From the human T2T-CHM13v2.0 reference genome, Homo sapiens, in the NCBI RefSeq assembly GCF_009914755.1, contig NC_060937.1: a stretch of 64,000 nucleotides of DNA. One strand, given 5' to 3'. A program made the translations under genes and the position numbers. Under the pieces are notes generated by a model. The model saw only the letters and a list, made by a program, of their open reading frames with translations, did not search any database and had not been told where the DNA came from. Positions 54,146-64,000 of the stretch are shown here, one piece after another (the stretch's first letter is position 1; every line of letters starts with the position of its first letter).

Positions 54146-55260
54146 CTACTTGGCTCCTGATATAAATAATAACAATGTGAAAGAAGAAGGCCAACAGGAA
54201 GGAGAAAAAGGAGGAGGAGAAAGAAGAAGAAAAGAAGAAGAAGAAGAAGAGGAGGAGGAGTAGGAGGAAGAAAGAAAGAAAGAAATGAAAGAAAGAAAGA
54301 AAGAACATTTGAAAGATACTGATCAAAAGAAAGTGAAGATGAAGGTGAAGATGATCATGATGGTGAGGAAGGAGAGGAAGAAGAAGGACAAGATGACTCA
54401 CAGAACACTGATGGATTCCAACTTAAAAAATTATGCCCAGTCTCTAGGAGAAAGTTGTAGTCTTTTTTTTTCCCCCTCTTGTGCTCAGTTGGCCTTTTTT
54501 TTGTTGAGGTCTTTCATATCTGCACCATGGTTCTCAACTTATTTTGGGAGGAAATAGCTTGAGCAGAATACTATGGAAAAATAACCTCCACTCCTTTCTG
54601 TTTCACATTTACTTTTGTTCCTCCTTGTACCTCAACAAACACTGTATGGAATCAACAGCATGAAGCTGTGTGGGGGAAAACAAAACAAAATGAAATAACC
54701 TTTTTTTTTTCACTCTTCACTCTGCTAAAAGCTAGAGGGTGCCTAGGCTCCCAAGAAATAGTGCATAACAATACATTTTTCTCCCCACCTCTCTCTGTAT
54801 ATTAGGCTGAGAGTATATCCTGTCTGTATGTGAATAAGAACAGTGAGCATTCACCAACATGTGTCTATCTAATTTCTCTTGTTTAAAAACAGAAAAAAAA
54901 ACCTCTAAAAAATGGAGTTATAGAAGGTCAGCACAGGGTGGGTTTGAGATGTTTTGGTGGGCTAAACGGGCAATTTTATAACATGGCTTCTCCTATGCCT
55001 TGTTTGTGATGTTTAATGAATATCCTTGCAGTTTAAGATGACACTTTTAAAATACATTGTCTCCTAATGATGGCTTGAACTCTGTTGCTAAATAGGAGAA
55101 TCAGGATCTCATTTGGAATTGACATTGTCTATTGTAGTTTTTTGTTTATTTTTTAATTTTCTTTTTGTTTTACTGGAAAGATGCTAGTTTTAAATGTTAA
55201 AAGTATACAAATTATTACAATCAAACTAGATGTGTACACACAAAGAAATAAAATTAAATA
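54146..55260 (+). pseudogene. 5'-truncated SET (TAF-I/I2PP2A) processed pseudogene: acidic tail plus 3' UTR
   Basis: TACTTGGCTCCTGATAT, a GA-rich acidic-tail region, then AGAACACTGATGGATTCCAAC, CTCTTGTGCTCAGT, ACTGTATGGAATCAACA, TTATAGAAGGTCAGCA and CCTTGCAGTTTAAGATGACACTTTTAAAAT, collinear with the SET 3' UTR as recalled; ends ...ATGTGTACACA plus A-rich tail. Confidence 0.85.
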
Positions 55261-55420
55261 AGTTGATGTAACGGTGCTTGTAATTCAAAAATATAAAGGT
55301 TTATCTTATGTTAATTTCCTATCTTTTCCCATTTTACAAATTTTGTAAGTTGAGTATTCATCTAATCAAATATAATTTAAACACAGAAAAATAGAATAAT
55401 GTTGTGTTCTGGTCCTAGAG

Positions 55421-55612
55421 CAGGATTGGTAAACTTTTCTGTAAAGGATCAGATAATATTACGTGAGGCTTTGTGAGCAATAGGATCTCTGTTGCAACAA
55501 CTCAACTCTCTAGTTACGGTACAAAAGTAACCATAAACAATATGCAGATTGAAGAGGTGTGGCTGTGTTTCGATAAAATTTAGTTACAAAAGCAGGTGAT
55601 GGGCAGGTTTGT
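55421..55612. mobile_element. MER58A-like MITE
   Basis: GGTAAACTTTTCTGTAAAGGATCAGATA...TGTTGCAACAACTCAACTCT...GTGGCTGTGTTTCGATAAAA. Confidence 0.8.
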
Positions 55613-55656
55613 ACTAGATTATGAGTAAAGTTTATTATTATGATTATTTGTTTTAG

Positions 55657-55727
55657 TTGCAAGAAGCAAAGGATCAAATCACAGATGTTACAGGAGGTGC
55701 TGAAAAGACTCAAGACTACATGCAAAA
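55657..55727 (+). pseudogene. Next fossil ANKRD26-family exon
   Basis: ttttAG|TTG CAA GAA GCA...; LQEAKDQITDVTGGAEKTQDYMQK versus recalled ANKRD26 LQEAQDRHTEAVRCAEKMQDHKQK; donor reads GCATAA. Confidence 0.75.
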
Positions 55728-56197
55728 GCATAAGTTAAAGTAACCTGAGTATTTATAAAGCAAATAAACAATGTAGTATGATAATTGTATGAGTGAGGAT
55801 AATAAGCGCATCTGTGTGAAGCCAAGGATAAAGTTCACCTTTAAGCTATTTTGAAATGCATAATTTTTGTACGTTATTCCTAAATTTTGCACATTACCCA
55901 CAAAATATAGGTAGAAAAATGATACAGTCTCCCAATCATCTATTTTTCAACTCTTTAAGAATTTACATAATCATAGATGTTTAGAAATTATGTGATATTT
56001 TAGAAATGTATCTTTGAGGATAATTATTTTAAAATCTACCTTTTAGGCTTAATATAAAAAATTTCCAAGTAAAAATTCCAGTCAAAAATCAAGTGGAAAA
56101 AAATGAACAGTTTGAGAAAAACCGGTTAAGTTCAAGTTTGGTAAGTCAATTTTTAAATTTCTGTCATACTGAATAGAAATTTTATTTTTCTAGTAAG

Positions 56198-56895
56198 ACA
56201 GATTGAATATCCCTTATCCAAAATGCTTGAGACCAGAAATGTTTCAAATTTTGTATTCTTTTGATTTTAGAATATTTGTGTATACTTAATGAAAGATCTT
56301 AGGAATGAGACCCAAGTCTAAACACAAAATTCACTTACATTTCATATATACCTTATACACATAGCCCGAATTTTATACAGGATTTTATAAAATAATTTTG
56401 TGCATGAAACAAAGTTTTGACTGTGTTTTGCTGTTGTTCTGTCACATGAGGTCAAATGTGGAATTTTCCACTTGGGGCATTATGTCTGCATTCAAACAGT
56501 GTCAGATTTTGGAGCTTCAGGTTTTTAGAGTAGAGATTTTCAACCCATAGTACAGAAGCTCCTCAACTTATGATGGGGTTACATCCCAATAAAGCCATTG
56601 TAAATTGAAAGCATTGTAAGATGAAAATGTATTTAATATACCCAACCTACCAAACATCACAGCCTGGCCTACCTTAAACATTATCCGATCACTTACATTA
56701 GCCTACTGGTGGGCAAAATCGTCTAACACAAAGTCTTATAATAAAGTATTATATATCCCATGTACTGCGTATTGCCAACCTGGGAAAAGATCAGGATTCA
56801 AAATTCAAAATTCAGACTGTGTTGAAATTGCAATGGTTTCACACCATGGTGAAGTCAAAAAATTACAAGTTGAACCATTGTAAGTTGGGGGTCTA
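56198..56895. mobile_element. Adjacent Tigger4/MER46-like (~56198-56550) and Tigger3a/MER7-like (~56552-56895) elements
   Basis: ATCCCTTATCCAAAATGCTTGAGACCAGAA...; GCTCCTCAACTTATGATGGGGTTACATCCCAATAAA...GAACCATTGTAAGTTGGGG. Confidence 0.8.
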
Positions 56896-57082
56896 TCAGT
56901 ATATAAGAATATTTCAGACAATGTGAAAAGTCTCATTGATAAAAAAATATTTTATTCATATTGATACTACTTGCCACTAGTAGTGCAATCTTCTTGACTT
57001 CATAGCATAAGTTGACTGAATTCATAAAGTTAATGATTTTGATAAAAGTCACATTTTAATAAAAGAGATTATGATAGTCTAA

Positions 57083-57398
<316 letters not shown>

Positions 57399-58239
57399 TA
57401 TATATACATTTTAAAAAAATTTATTCATGCATCGAGGGAAAGTTGGGTTATTTCCATCTTTTGCCATTAGAAATAATGCTGCTAATGGATACTACTTCAT
57501 TATACAAGTATTTTTTCCCCTACAGCATGTGTTTTTCTTACTGCAAGTTAAAAAAAAGAAAAGAGATGCCAGTGAAAAAGTAGAAATGGGTGCTCCAGGA
57601 GGGCCTTAGGGAGTAACATAGTCCTCCTAACATAATGTTCAGAAAGTAATCTTTTTCCATTCACCTGTGTTCATCAGCCTTTCAAAGCCTTAACAGTCCA
57701 ATCGCAGAAAAGATGGATACATACTCTAGGATATCAATTTATTGATGTAGAGTGAAAACTATATAAATGATAACAAAGCAAAACAGAATTCTCCTGACAT
57801 TCATGCTTTCCTTTGTAGGAATGAAGGTCAGAAAATTGTGTCATGAATACTAAATTGGAGCAATGAGGTAGATGCTCCTACTAACGAGTTTCCTTAAGTC
57901 ACAATAGGAAGATTTATGCAATTTTATCATTCCGATTAAACCTATCAGGGAAACTAGAACTTTTGTAAGAACACTCACGACCTATTAAGCCTATGCAAAA
58001 ATAATGAAGGTTTTTCTGTACATTTTCATAGAAATAAATTAGGAATATTGCATAGAATTATTAGCGACTTTAAAATCTACCCTATGAATTAAAAATCTAA
58101 TAAGAGACAGATTTCAACAAACTCAATCAATAGCCTCTATTTTCTGCAGGAAGTTCTCATTTCATGAATTGCTAAGCCAGAGACTACCTTAAGAAATTTT
58201 ATAGATACAGTTTAGAGGTGAAGAATCTAGATTGGGAAG

Positions 58240-63965
<5,726 letters not shown>

Positions 63966-64000
63966 TTGTCTTCCAATATACGAACATGAACTCTCTCTCC

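Noticed and set aside
54039-54557. His/Phe/Ser-rich and Lys/Arg-rich ORFs
   Set aside because: Low-complexity readings of the GA-rich tract in the SET retrocopy

Overview
Human (primate) genomic DNA, recognisable as 13q12.12. Left half: the first 10 coding exons of MIPEP (mitochondrial intermediate peptidase) on the minus strand, with the ATG at 31755 inside a CpG island; the gene runs off the left edge. Centre: the complete 333-codon C1QTNF9B (CTRP9B) gene on the minus strand (3 coding exons plus predicted 5' UTR exons up to a second CpG island at ~46 kb). It is overlapped on the plus strand by PCOTH/C1QTNF9B-AS1, whose 107-codon ORF is printed antisense to the collagen exon. Right third: AT-rich segmental-duplication-type DNA with fossil ANKRD26/ANKRD18/ANKRD20-family exons, a SET processed-pseudogene fragment and a near full-length old L1 (L1PA16-like). 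Alu, L1, L2, MaLR and MER/Tigger repeats occur throughout. Most notable: (i) a Gly<->Pro mirror overprinting arrangement built from a bidirectional promoter, an LTR-element exon and antisense collagen codons; (ii) this C1QTNF9B copy has Ser in place of the conserved gC1q Cys243 and looks like a CTRP9A/9B mosaic; (iii) two template-switch-like inverted/direct repeat scars; (iv) a young AluYa intermediate. I found no wholly new gene system. Reference comparisons and repeat subfamily calls are from memory and need alignment.
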